This document shows, one piece after another, positions 45,194 to 58,007 of a DNA stretch of 64,000 nt. The stretch is from Eledone cirrhosa (lineage: Eukaryota), in the NCBI GenBank assembly GCA_964016885.1, contig OZ024742.1, forward strand, positions 229,710,001 to 229,774,000, given 5' to 3'. A program made the translations under genes and the position numbers. The notes under the pieces are model-generated. The model ran no database searches. It saw only the letters and a program-made list of their open reading frames with translations, and was not told where the DNA came from. Each line of letters opens with the position of its first letter. Within the stretch, counting starts at the first letter, position 1.

Positions 45194-48100
45194 AAATGGC
45201 CACCGTTGTGGTCAGTGTCCGATAATCGGACGTGTGTAATTACGGCTTACATGAAGGCAACATACCATATATTGGAAAAAGTTGAGCTACATTACGCGGT
45301 AAGATTACATACAATAATTCTACATAAGTGTTTGAACTGTAAGTGTGTTGTAAAACACCTATTTATATGAACGATACATACACTTATGATATATGAACGA
45401 TACATACACTTTAACATATAAATGCAACGTTGTTATATTACATTTATAAAGAAATATTACATTTATATAAAACACAGCTGTAGAATTAAAAACTAACTGA
45501 AAAGAAATATTACTCAAGCTGTGAATAACTTTAAATTTGATTCTGACAGAACTTTGTCGTAACTTTTAAAGAAGATCATCGACTATTTTGAAAAATAAAT
45601 ACGAAATATTAGTGAATAGACGAACTCATCATGGCAAAAAGTACAAGTCTCCTTCGACCAAATCGCAATTACAACCGTTGTATACAGTGGACCTACGAGC
45701 TTAACAAAGTATTATATGAAGCATACAAACAATCTGAACCCCAAAAGTTCGGTTTTATGCAAAGGCTAAAAACTTTATGGAACTCCAAACACCCAGAATT
45801 AGACTTTTCTCCAAAGCATTTAAATGAACAGGCAAAACGTATCATTAGATGTAAATTGATACATCTAACGGAATCGAGTGATACTACAAATACAGCCCTT
45901 GTAGACAACCACTCCACCTCCACTGACAGACAAAGGGAATGGCCAGCTAAATCTAACAGTGAACAGCTCACCAACAATTTTGCTGAAATTCATCCCACTT
46001 CCACTGAAGAACAGCGAGAAAGGTCAACTGACTCTAGTAGTAATTGTCACCACATCAACAACGAGGCTGAAATTCATGACTCTACTGAACAAACAGAGCA
46101 CCAAAAACTTGTGGGCTCCCTACAAGTGATATGGAATGATATGTTTCAAGAGATACACAGTCTTAATGTGAGTGACAGACCATACAACACTAGAGTCAGT
46201 AAAGAACCCACTAAATTGGAATTGGAAGCGGTGAACGAAATAGCTGGCAATTATCTGAAGGCTATACGATCTAAAGGTGTAGAAACGACATTTGAAACGC
46301 TTAATGTTTTGTTATATGTTTCAGCTGTCACATTGCTAGCATATAACACACATCTAAAACCACGCAATCAAGATACAAACAGAAAGCCTGAACCAGCGTG
46401 GATGCGAAATTTAAAAACCAAAATTTTGTCCCTGAGACGAAGTATCTCACACATCGCAGTCGTTATGAAATGCAACACAGAGAGCAACTTCACACAACAC
46501 CAGGAAGACCTAAAGAAAAAGTTAGAGAGAAGATTTGGAGATACAAAATTTAAAACTTTGAACTCCAAATTACACCAGTTGAAACAACAACTCACAGCTA
46601 CAACAGAAAGACTAAAATATAAGTCAACAGCACATAAACGACAAGTGCTAAATAGATTGTTTGCCAGAGATCCTAAATCAGTTTATCGCAGCTTCGGTGG
46701 CAAAAGCTCAATCTCTGTAAATGACACCCCTTCAAAAGAACAGGTTGAGAGCTACTGGAGATCTGTATGGGAAACGGATGACGGATTCAACAGACAAGCT
46801 AATTGGCTAAAAGAACTGGAACAGGACTACTGCCAACATGTCCAGACAAAACAATATGACATAGATGGGTCAATACTGGAAACAGCTCTACAGAAAATGT
46901 CGAATAGGAAATCGCCAGGCCCAGACCTCATTACAGGATACTGGTTGAAGAATTTCACTTTCTATCGGCAAGATCTCATACGGCTGTTTACAGAAACCAT
47001 TAAGGGCACACAAGAACTGCCCAGATGGTTATCAACTGCCTCTACTCTCCTCATTCCCCAAAATAGCCAAACCACCCTTGCTAAAAATTACCGCCCAATT
47101 GCCTGCCAAAACATCATGTATAAATTATATACTGGGTGCCTTAACCTGTTCTTACAGGATCACTGTGCTACCAACAACATCATAACACCTGAGCAAGCTG
47201 GTGGAAAGAGGGAGGTGTGGGGTTGCATAGATCACCTACTAACTAACAAAATGATTCAGGAAAAAACAACAAAGAATCGCAGAAACATGACTGTCGTGTG
47301 GCTGGACTATCAAAAAGCATTTGATAGTGTACCTCATGGGTGGATTGTTAAGGCTTTACAGTTAGCTAAAGTCCCACAACCATTGGTAGCTGCTGTTGAA
47401 CGCCTGACCAAGAACTGGTACACCAGTTTGATCCTTAGAGGTGAGAAGGAGCAGGTTAAGACTGATAAGATACATTACCAGAAGGGCATCTTTCAGGGTG
47501 ATAGCTTGTCAGTGCTACTCTTCGTTCTCTCACTGAATCCACTATCTTACCTACTCAGGAAACAAGGTCGACAAAGAAGTGGGACCAGAAGTATCTCCCA
47601 TCTTTTCTTTGTTGATGACCTGAAGTTGTATGGGCCAAATATCAATGACATCAAGAAACAATTGGACCTCATTACACAATTTTCAACCGACATCAAAATG
47701 AAATTTGGTGAGTCCAAGTGTGCATATTTGGCAGTAAAACGTGGAAGAGCTGTGCCCTCCTCTAGAAATCTAGAGATGAACGGCCTGACAATACAACCTC
47801 TGCAGTCAGGTGACAACTACAGATATCTTGGACAGGATGAGAATGTCAGATATGATGGACCCATAAATAAGGAGAGAACCAGAACTGAATACCTCAGAAG
47901 AGTAAAGAAAATATGGTCATCAGAACTGTCAGCATACAACAAATACATTGCCCACAATACTTATGCTGTGCCAATTCTAACGCCAACATTTGGCCTACTG
48001 AACTGGTCATTGCAAGAACTAAGTGAGATGGATGTTAGAACTCGAAAACTTCTCAGTGTTACTGGGAACTTTAACATCAATGGTGATGTGGATAGGCTAT

Positions 48101-49220
48101 ACTTCTCACGCAAGGAAGGTGGCCAGGGTCTAAAATCAATATTAACAACATATGAGACCCGGATAGTGACACTGAAGCAACACCTTCAACAGAGGAAAAA
48201 GGTTGGTAACCATTTTGCCCAGGTTTATGACCATGAAAAAAGAAATATCATTAGAATAGCGACTGATCTGGAGGAGAGATATGGAATAAAGCCCGATATA
48301 AATCTCTCACCCAGAGAAATCGGAAGATCCTATTCAATGTTCAAACAAGAAAAAAAAATTGACCAATTTACAGAAAAAGTTGTGCATGGATACTTGAGGC
48401 GTAAAACACAGACCATAGAGGGGATAAACCACTCAAAAAGCCTGGCATGGAGTTCCGACAAGTTTATGACATCACACCTTGAGGGATATCTCTATGCAAT
48501 ACAGGAACAAGAACTCCCTACCAAATATCTGCTGCACAAAAGAGGAGGGCCAGCAGCTGACAATAAATGTAGGCTATGTAAAACAAAGATCGAGGATGTA
48601 AGCCACATTGTTGCCAGCTGCGAAAGAATGTCGTCTCGCTACTACCTCCCCATGAGACACGATGGGATAGCTAGAACCATCTGGAACGCACTTCGGAAAA
48701 CAAAATCAACAACAAACGAGGAAGAATATATTGAGACAGATGGCACTAAGGAATACTGGTGGAACCTGAAAATAAAAACTGCCACCAAATTAAAGCACAA
48801 CCGGCCTGATATTGTAGTTTGGGACCACACATTGAAAACGTGTTCTGTTGTGGAGATCAGCTGCCCACTTGATGTAAACGTTGTCAGAAAAATACAGGAG
48901 AAGGAGGACATCTACGGACCATTGATGAGGAGTTTACAAATCCAGTATCCAAGATACACCTTTAGCTTCATACCCATCATTATTGGTGCTACGGGTTATA
49001 TACCAACCCGCTTGGACCAAAGTATGACTGAACTTGGATTTGCGGACAAAAAGCGCAGCTCCCTAATTCATAGTCTACAAATGGCTGCGATAGCTGGCAC
49101 CTTCAAAATTTGCAAAACATTCTTGCGATTCAAGGGATGACAATTTCTTTTCTTTTACAACCTTGCCACCAGGAAGGTGGCCGGTCAAAAAATATACTCA
49201 AAATTAAGAGAAAGAGAAAA
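45194..49220 (+). mobile_element. Full-length R4/Dong-like element inserted in (TACA)n
   Basis: (TACA)n 45118-45193 abuts a ~440-bp 5'UTR; the ~80-bp A-rich 3'UTR ends at 49220 and is followed by CATACATA. Confidence 0.85.
45631..49140 (+). CDS. Non-LTR retrotransposon protein, R4/Dong-like clade (RT + CCHC zinc knuckle + restriction-like endonuclease)
   Basis: Uninterrupted 1169-aa ORF. RT motifs KSPGPD, NYRPIAC, WLDYQKAFDSVPH, GIFQGDSLS, LFFVDDLKLY, YRYLG; CCHC knuckle CRLCKTKIEDVSHIVASC; RHD; RLE RPDIVVWD..VVEISCP..K. The N-terminal WTYELN..Y..P..G..RL..W..P block without zinc fingers resembles R4/Dong. Confidence 0.95.
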   Translation: MAKSTSLLRPNRNYNRCIQWTYELNKVLYEAYKQSEPQKFGFMQRLKTLWNSKHPELDFSPKHLNEQAKRIIRCKLIHLTESSDTTNTALVDNHSTSTDRQREWPAKSNSEQLTNNFAEIHPTSTEEQRERSTDSSSNCHHINNEAEIHDSTEQTEHQKLVGSLQVIWNDMFQEIHSLNVSDRPYNTRVSKEPTKLELEAVNEIAGNYLKAIRSKGVETTFETLNVLLYVSAVTLLAYNTHLKPRNQDTNRKPEPAWMRNLKTKILSLRRSISHIAVVMKCNTESNFTQHQEDLKKKLERRFGDTKFKTLNSKLHQLKQQLTATTERLKYKSTAHKRQVLNRLFARDPKSVYRSFGGKSSISVNDTPSKEQVESYWRSVWETDDGFNRQANWLKELEQDYCQHVQTKQYDIDGSILETALQKMSNRKSPGPDLITGYWLKNFTFYRQDLIRLFTETIKGTQELPRWLSTASTLLIPQNSQTTLAKNYRPIACQNIMYKLYTGCLNLFLQDHCATNNIITPEQAGGKREVWGCIDHLLTNKMIQEKTTKNRRNMTVVWLDYQKAFDSVPHGWIVKALQLAKVPQPLVAAVERLTKNWYTSLILRGEKEQVKTDKIHYQKGIFQGDSLSVLLFVLSLNPLSYLLRKQGRQRSGTRSISHLFFVDDLKLYGPNINDIKKQLDLITQFSTDIKMKFGESKCAYLAVKRGRAVPSSRNLEMNGLTIQPLQSGDNYRYLGQDENVRYDGPINKERTRTEYLRRVKKIWSSELSAYNKYIAHNTYAVPILTPTFGLLNWSLQELSEMDVRTRKLLSVTGNFNINGDVDRLYFSRKEGGQGLKSILTTYETRIVTLKQHLQQRKKVGNHFAQVYDHEKRNIIRIATDLEERYGIKPDINLSPREIGRSYSMFKQEKKIDQFTEKVVHGYLRRKTQTIEGINHSKSLAWSSDKFMTSHLEGYLYAIQEQELPTKYLLHKRGGPAADNKCRLCKTKIEDVSHIVASCERMSSRYYLPMRHDGIARTIWNALRKTKSTTNEEEYIETDGTKEYWWNLKIKTATKLKHNRPDIVVWDHTLKTCSVVEISCPLDVNVVRKIQEKEDIYGPLMRSLQIQYPRYTFSFIPIIIGATGYIPTRLDQSMTELGFADKKRSSLIHSLQMAAIAGTFKICKTFLRFKG

Positions 49221-49940
49221 CATACATATATGGTGGCTGCCAACTCGTTTTCGAGTACGGCCACTACCTTATATCCATGTAGCAGGACCCCTACCGATGC
49301 GCTGAACAAGTGTGACTTTTTAGTCCAGCCAGCGATTTGAAAACTCTGGTACAAACACTACACTTGTGACAATTATTGAAACATAGTGCTGGGCCAATGG
49401 TACCATGTGACGACAAGTGCAGAGAGATCTCCAGATATAAAGCAATGCCTGTGCCGTGAAGCTTTTATAGTGAGCAAAGGCATTGCAAAAAGCCAGTCCC
49501 ACTCTCTTAACCAAGATGATATTTACCAAAGAGAAGAACAAGTCAACATCATTGGATACCATCAGGGTTGCAGGTGTTATATCAGAGTTTTCCTTCTCCT
49601 AGAATTCTGCCTTGACAAAGGCTAAGAGGGTCATATCTCCCTGTGATTTTGGATGGCCATTGACTCTTAAGAGCTCCTTTGCCCTTTGACAGGTTTTGTC
49701 TTTACTCCTGCAGGATGTCCAAAGTCACCCTCCTCACCAAGAAACCTTGGTGGGGTTGCCAGTTTAGTCGCCAACGACCCGACCATGAGACAGGTTGTAC
49801 ATACATACATACATATACATACATACACACACACACACACATATATATATATAAAATTGAGATAAACGGAACAAGTAAAATTCAAACAATTTCTGTAGAT
49901 AAATTAAAAAATATAATTTAAATATTTACCTATCCATATT

Positions 49941-50019
49941 GCTTTTACCGACGGTTTCGCCTCACAAAATATTGGAAATCCGAGGAACTTCCAATGAAAA
50001 GTTCGGCCCTTCAGAAAGC
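49941..50019 (-). ncRNA. Hammerhead homolog with A9G change
   Basis: GCUUU-CUGAAGG-GCC..GGC-GAAA-CCGUCGG-UA-AAAGC. Confidence 0.7.
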
Positions 50020-50308
50020 CTTTTCCCTTACATAGGACATAAAGTCCCACAGCCGGCAAATATATTGCCTTCAGCCAGTTAGTGCATGATCGAATGGGGC
50101 CGTAAACGTGAGTTAGACGTGAACTGGTAGTTATTAGAAGCGGGAGTAGCATAGACGTGTTGTCAGCCACACTACTAAAAATAGCAGCTAGGTAAACAAC
50201 GGATTTTTTCTCTACACATGGGAGGATTTACATAAAATGAGATTAATAACCCCACAGGTACTAAGTACCCTCGGAGATATATAGGGTGTCTATGATACAG
50301 TTGTTGTT

Positions 50309-50403
<95 letters not shown>

Positions 50404-50793
50404 CATATATATAGATATTTAGTACATACATATACATATATACACTTTATTCAATCTAAATAGTGAGTCATCTACATAGGTATATACATATATACATATA
50501 TACATATATACATATATACATATATACATATATATACATATATGAATTTTTTAGGAAAATAATGTTTGGGAATTACATTATTTTATCTTAGAATATTCAT
50601 TCGATATTTATGTAGGTTTTCCCTTAAATTGCAGCTTGTATAAATAAAACATTTCGCGATTTTATCACGATAGTCATGATAAAGCATGCCATATTTAATT
50701 CTGATATGTTTAGGTAAATTGAAAGCATCTACGTTTTCAAATATCAGAAGCCAGTAATTTCAACATTGTAAACACAACAATTTCATGATCCTC

Positions 50794-50915
<122 letters not shown>

Positions 50916-53272
50916 TGGTAGCAATATTTTCCGGCAGCTCCCCATGCCAGCAATAGTACGAGATGTTAAGATCCGAATCTAGACTGATCGAGGAATCACT
51001 TTTGCGCATAGGTTGTATAGTTTGGCTTCGCATGGTATCAACGGCTAGAAACCAATGGTAAGGTCAACAACTTTAGAGAATACACCAGCTGCGTTTATCG
51101 TGGCACCAACACTAGTATTTTTCCGATTGTATGGTGTGAATTTCTGTGGCATCAGCACTACCACTTTATTGAGTGTGTTGGTGCAATTTATCCTACCAGC
51201 ACTTAGCATTTTGTTATAAAGATGTAAACGGGTTAAAGTTAGTGATGTTTCCGTATATTTTCAAGTTGGAAATATCTGTTGTTCTGAGACCTCGAACAAC
51301 CTATATACGTACTGCGATTGCGATATGAGATATCTATCCGTAACAACGAGACCCGCGAAGTGGACCGACTTTTCCAATACATTCATCTCCCGCGTTCTTC
51401 GGTATAAAGGTAACCTCAAAGCAGGTACAATGCATGTGAGGATAAGTGAATCGAGTTTCTTTTTGAATCACTCAATACAAACAGCAGGCATTATCTCAAA
51501 TTTGGGAGTTTTGATTTATCTGTATCTACGAAGTTTAGTTTCTCTGTGTGTTAATGCATATAGGGGTATCTAAGCCAACACACTAATCGGTATAACATAT
51601 ATATTACAACTATCACGCCAGCAGGTCCTAGAAAGTATGATTTATCAACAATTAAATAATATAAAGAATCGTGTTTTAATTTCTCTTTTTAGATTTGAGT
51701 AAACATGTATATGTTTATGGTGCATTCATGATCCCAGCTGGAAGTTGGCGAAGGTGATGGACTGAAAAATTCATCCCATCACGCCAGGATAATTCTTGTA
51801 TAGGAGCCATCTATATCATGATCGTAGACAGTCGGTAGGTGGTTCGAAGAGCCATCGAAAATGAACTGTCCCAGAGTATGACGACAGAGAGATACTGAAA
51901 GTAAGAGTTTAGTTCGCACAACTCAATCGTAGATGGCTTATAATAACAAAAATATTTATGCATTTCGCATTTCAGAATTTGATCCCTATACACTGTTTGC
52001 CGATTGAAAGAACTGATGCTTTCAGACAAGTATATTCTTTACCATTTATTCATGCTATAAATTATATTGGGAACAAACTTTGTAAAATAAATAATTTTAT
52101 GCGATCAATTGATTACTCAATGCCATGTATATTCAAGAGCATTGTATTGGTGAAGGCATAATATCAAGTTTACTGGAGGTACAGAATATTCAGGAAACAA
52201 ATCCTAGTTATTGTTGCAGGAGTTTTATACCATTAGGTGATTCGGTTTCATGCAGAAAGTACGTTAGGGGATATACAGATTTATTTTTAAAATCATATTT
52301 TAAATATGTTCTGACTGCATATGTTGAAAATCCATTGTATATAGAATTTCCAAGATCTCTCATTCTATAATGGCATAATTCAAACAATGAGAACTTTAAT
52401 AGTATTTCCATATTGACATTCGTGCCCGAGATAATAATGGAACTTCAAAATATTTGCATGTCAACAAATAATTTTCAAAAATAAATTGATAAATACATTT
52501 TACCCAATCAGCAACCCTTAACAGAAAGACAATATAACAAGATTCAATTTACTGTAACTATTATGAAAGCTACGTATCAGACACTGCGGTCAATATACCG
52601 ATCTCATTATAAAATAGAGCCATTGCAATTCTCTTCGACTGAGATCAGGAGGTAACCACATATTGAGGTCCTGCATATCAGAAAAACAACACGAACGAAT
52701 AAAAGAACCGGACACCCTTTTATTGGTTGCTCCGAGAAAACATATATACATACATATATGATGATGATAGCTCAACTCGATTTCGAGTAATGCCAACACT
52801 TGATACTTAAGCATGAGCAACGCGGACGTGGTTTTTTAGTCCTGCTAGGAACTTGCCTATGGCAAGCAATACCACGCATCGCAAAAAGTCACATATCAAG
52901 CGGTGCCTGTGCTTGAAGCTTTTTGCAGTGAGAAAACGCTTTTCACCGGGCCAACCGCACTCTATGAACATCGAATACATTTACCCCAAAAGAGGAACTG
53001 GTCTACATCATTAGATGCAAACAAAGTCGCAGGTTTTATATCAGAGTGACCTTCTCCTAGAGAGATGTTTTAATGAAGACTGGGAGTCTCTCGTTTCACA
53101 GAAAAAAAAAACTTCTTTAGATGGCCGTTGACTTCTCTGAGTCCCTCCGCCCTTTGACGGGTTTTGTTTTTCATCCCGCAGTGTATCCATATTTACCCTT
53201 CTCATCACGAAAACTTGGTCGGTTCACCGGTTTAGTTGCTAACGACCCGACAATGTACAGGTTGTACTGGGT

Positions 53273-53310
<38 letters not shown>

Positions 53311-54057
53311 CATACAGGTCACTGTGTTTATTTCTCTCGTCTACAGGAGTACTCTACCCGATTTATTCAACTATTATTTAGAGTTAAAAATTATTATTAG
53401 AGTTATCTGTATTGTGGCCGCTATAAGGTTAAATGCATACATACCATACATACATGCATATACACATACATATATGTACGCATGCATAAATATATAGATA
53501 AATATATAAACACACACACACACACACACACATATATACATACATACATCCATCCATCTATCCATCCACCCATCTATCCATACATACACACATACACACA
53601 TACACACATACACACATACATAATACACGCACTATATCAAGATTCACAATTAATATGGATTCTTAGTATGAAGGCTTAGATATTCAGATATCAGCTTTCA
53701 TGCTGTATATAAAAAATCTGTGTCGTTTTAAATGGAGTAAATTGTAACATAGTTTCACAAAACCTTTTTAAACAAATAGCTGCTATAACAGGTTTTAATG
53801 GCTGGCTGCCTGTAATCATTTCTGTTATTTATTCCTGCTGTATACAACCTTGTACTCATAAAACCCCTAATCAAAACACTGCTTATTCTTTAGGAAAATA
53901 GCAGCCAGATTTACCACCACTTACATAAAATATTACATTAATAAATGTAATCCGAGTTGTACCTAGAAAGATGGGATGGTCTTGGCTGGGACACCTTTGA
54001 TCATAGCTCTGCGCAATGATTATTTATATGTGACGAAATGGACAGCAGGTATTATAA

Positions 54058-54241
54058 TAATTGTTTCTACTTTTAGCACAAGGCCAGCAATTATGCCAGT
54101 GCATTACTGGTACTTTATTTTATCGACCCCGTAAGGCAAAGTTAACCTCGGCGGAATTCGAACTCAGATCAGAAAAGGACGTAACTCTATGTTGCAAAGC
54201 TTGGCGTCCGACCCTCTACCGACACTGCCTATCCACCGCCC
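54058..54241 (-). mobile_element. Same SINE family; further partial or older copies at ~1640-1760(+), 7720-7815(-), 9730-9900(+), 16455-16525(+), 18545-18695(-), 29710-29880(+)
   Basis: Shared gagttcaaatcccgccgaggttaactttgcctttcatcc core. Confidence 0.85.
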
Positions 54242-54391
54242 TAATACCCACTATTTACACACTTATCGCACTCTACTATATGATAACAAGCGTTATTTAC
54301 TTCTGCGTTCACAGATTGACTTTTTTAGTTTCAGAAGATCCCGTTAAGGGTGAAAGCAGCGATTCTTTGCTTAAACTTTAATCTTATTCTA

Positions 54392-54445
<54 letters not shown>

Positions 54446-54651
54446 AAACCACAGACCCTCCATCTCAACTCTACTTTTGAAAAGCAGAAGAACTGCGAAA
54501 CCGGTAAAGGAACAAAATAAATATATATATATTTAAAAAAATAAGACTCCAGTTGCATTTTCGATTTCAACTTTTTTCCTTATACTTTCACTCGTGTAGG
54601 ACACCTCGGTTATTTTTCATTTTGTAAAAAAAACCTCACTTTCTAATAATA

Positions 54652-54747
<96 letters not shown>

Positions 54748-54748
<1 letters not shown>

Positions 54749-55418
54749 GGTATAACGCACCATATAATATGGAGGTGGCCACACCATTAGCTAAGATCTT
54801 TCTCTCCCTTATTACGAAGCATTTTCCCCCTACACATAAATATAATAACATTTTTAATAGAAAGACTATTAAAATTTCTTACTCTGCGACTCCTAACGCT
54901 GCACATACATCACAGCTTCTAATTTAGCTAAACTACCTAGCCGTAGGAACTCGTGCAACCCTATAGTTAGTACTAACTGTAATTATAGGAATCGGGTTGA
55001 CTGCCCCCTAACCGGGAAATGCCTCTCTAGTAACATTGTCTACAAATGTAAGGTTGAAACACCCACGTCCCGTAGGGCCTACATAGGGTTAACCGCCAAT
55101 AGATTCAAGCAGCGTCTTTACATGCATACCCATTCTTTTCGTTACCCTCTAAGAAGGAATATGACGTCACTTTCAGCTTATATCTGGAGTCTAAAAGACA
55201 ACCACACCCAGTATAAGTTACACTGGGAGATCCTAACTAGGGCTAGATCGTATAACGGAAATAAAAGACCACGTGACCTCTGCGCCGCTGAGGCCCTGGA
55301 AATACTCTACGCCACAGACCACATCTTAAACGAAAAATCTGAGGCAATTCCGGCTTGTAAACATAAATTGCCCAAAACTTTCCTGTATAACAGCCCCACA
55401 TTATACCCTAACGGATAG
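54748..55418 (+). pseudogene. Penelope-like element remnant (linker + GIY-YIG), possibly Naiad-like
   Basis: WYNAPYN..KHFP..IFNRKTIKISYS..PN; CNYRNRVDCPLTGKC; NIVYKC..AYIGLT..FKQR..H..SF; TSLSAYIWSLK..WEIL..DLCAAE. Clade assignment is inference. Confidence 0.88.
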
Positions 55419-56468
55419 TACGATCTATACGCGGATATTTTACGTCTTGATGTGGTAGCTAAGTATATGTTATGTTTATACCATTACTTATTTGTATAGG
55501 TAAGTATATATTACCTGTATGTTTTGTGAAGGTACGTATACTTTCTCGTACGTATATTTGATCGTATATGTTATGGCGTATATATTCTGGTACATATGCT
55601 TTTGGTTATGTGTATACGTGAGTTTGAGTATGTAGGGTGTGTGTATATGTGTACTTCGTGTTTTGGTTGACGTCGTCTCCGAACATATGTGTATTTACAT
55701 GTAGGTATGTGTGTGCGCTTGTCATATACGTATTTATTTATATACGTTTATTTAATTATTTGTATACACGCACACACACACACATATTTATATGTGCGAG
55801 TGTTTGTATACCTATGGCGAGTGTTTTCGCGTATGCATGTACGTCTCCCAACATATGTGTATTTACATGTAGGTATGTGTGTGCGCTTGTTATATACGTA
55901 TTTATTTATTTATATACGTTTATTTAATCATTTAATCACACACACACATATTTATATGTGCCTGTATTTGTATACCTATGGCGAGTGTTTTAGCGTATGC
56001 TTGAGTATGCACGTATATGGATGCGTGGATGTATTTATTTGATTTCAATTGCCTCTGTATTTTATTTACTTTATTCTTAACTCTGAAGCCGAGAATCATT
56101 CGGTTTCTTAGTTAGAATTTTAGTCTACGACTTCAGCTATACCATTTACGTGGTTTTGTCTTTGCGTGCAATTGTGCTCCACGATCAACATATGACGTAT
56201 TATCTTCGTTTTTCCGTTCATTGCCAGAGAACGTCTCTATGAACCACCTAATAGAATATTAGTCTACGACTTCTTTTATACCATAAACGTGGTTTTGTTT
56301 TTGCGTGTAATTGTTTTTCACCGCTCCTATTAATGACGTATTACATTCGTTTATTTCCCGTTCTTTACCAGGGAACGTTTCCACCAACCAAAGTATCGTC
56401 TTCCTGTCTTCCTCCGGTTGCAACGTTTTTTGAAATATTCACTTCTGCGTTCACAGATTGACTTTGTT

Positions 56469-56519
56469 AGTTTCAGAAGATCCCGTTAAGGGTGAAAGCA
56501 GCGAAACTTTGCTTAAACT
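56469..56519 (+). ncRNA. Hammerhead-like motif with CAGAAGA core in a Penelope pseudo-LTR (copy at 54327-54377)
   Basis: AGUUU-CAGAAGA-UCCCGUUAAGGGU-GAAA-GCA..UGC-UU-AAACU inside an ~85-bp direct repeat (54299-54385, 56441-56527). Confidence 0.68.
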
Positions 56520-57163
56520 TTAATCTGTTAGTTTAATAAATATATATATATATATATATTGTCAGGTCACAAGTTGGTGCTACTGGTAACATGTATCCCA
56601 GTACAACCCGTCTCGTGGTCAGGTCGTTGGCGACTAAACTGGCAACCACACCAAGGTTTCTTGGTGAGGAGGGTGACTTTGGACATCCTGCAGGACTAAA
56701 AACAAAACCTGGCAAAGGAGCTCTTAAGAGTCAATGGCCATCCAAAATCAACGGGAGAGATGACCCCTTAGCCTTTGTCAAGGCAGAATTCTAGGAGAAG
56801 GAAAACTCTGATATAACACCTGCAACCCTGGTGGTTACCAATGATGTTGACTTGTTCTTCTTTTTGGTAAATATCATCTTGGTTAAGAGAGTGGGACTGG
56901 CTTTGTGCAGTACCTTTGCTCACTATAAAAGCTTCACGGCACAGGCATTGCTTTATATCTGAAGATCTCTCTGCACTTGTCGTCACATGGTACCATGGGC
57001 CCAGCACTATGTGTCAATAATTGTCACAAGTATAGTGTTTGTACCAGCGTTTTCAAGTCATTGGCTGGACTAAAAAGGTTCACTCGTTCAGCGCATCGGT
57101 AGGGGTTCTCCTACATGGATATAAAGTAGTGGCCGTACTAAAAAACGAGTTGGCAGCCACCAC

Positions 57164-57211
<48 letters not shown>

Positions 57212-57221
57212 TAGCCACCAC

Positions 57222-57299
<78 letters not shown>

Positions 57300-58007
57300 T
57301 AAAAGAGAAAACACAGGTAAGCATTAAGAGAAGGATTTTATCCAGGTATTTACGACCGTTTTATTGGTAAGTGCCACCTTATCGCTATCCTGCAAATAGC
57401 AGCCACTCAATTATAATTGTTGTTCACAGTTCAAATTTTCAAAATTGTAAGTTACTCTTGAAATAATTCTTAATATATAGAGAAAAACATTTATTTGGAA
57501 TTGTATTTACTCGTATAGAGAGAGAGGAATCAGGAGGTGAGGGGACAGACGGAATAGTATAGAGAGAGAGAGGAAGGGGGAAGAGGTAGGAAGTAGAATG
57601 ACAAACTGTTATGGTGGGAGGGGTAGAGGTGGAATGATTCTTTGGTCAGTTTTGATAGCAGACTTCATGTCATGGAGTGTAGTGGGTTAAAGAGAATTAA
57701 ATTGATAATAGTGGGAGGGATGGTTAGAGAGGGAGAGAGAGAAGGGGGGGGGGATACAAAGAGATAAATATATATATATATATATATAAAAAAATAAAGA
57801 TAAAGATAATAATGACAAAAATAAAAGCACGGAAGGGGGTGAGAAAGAAGAAAAGAAAAGATAGCCAAGAAGGGGAGGGAAGGAAGGAAGAAAACGAAGA
57901 AATTGAAGAGGGGGATATATGTATTGGTTTTGTGGGTAATTAAAGGGTTTAGATACAAGAGGGTATAAAGTCTAAGTATATGCAGTTTGTCAGTTGGTAG
58001 TAAGAGG

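Noticed and set aside
49386-49625. Recurrent 79-aa ORF (MLGPWYHV..) in several 600-bp element copies
   Set aside because: Starts at GTG, has no recognisable domain, and its conservation is explained by young near-identical repeat copies; not evident in the older subfamilies.
56563-56720. HDV-like, twister or hammerhead ribozyme at the 5' end of the 600-bp element
   Set aside because: Partial resemblances only (CUAA before a P2-like ACUGG, GAGGAGGG, CUGAGGA in one copy); I could not build the P1/P3 pseudoknot, the twister loop or a contiguous HHR core. Kept only as an unclassified structure.
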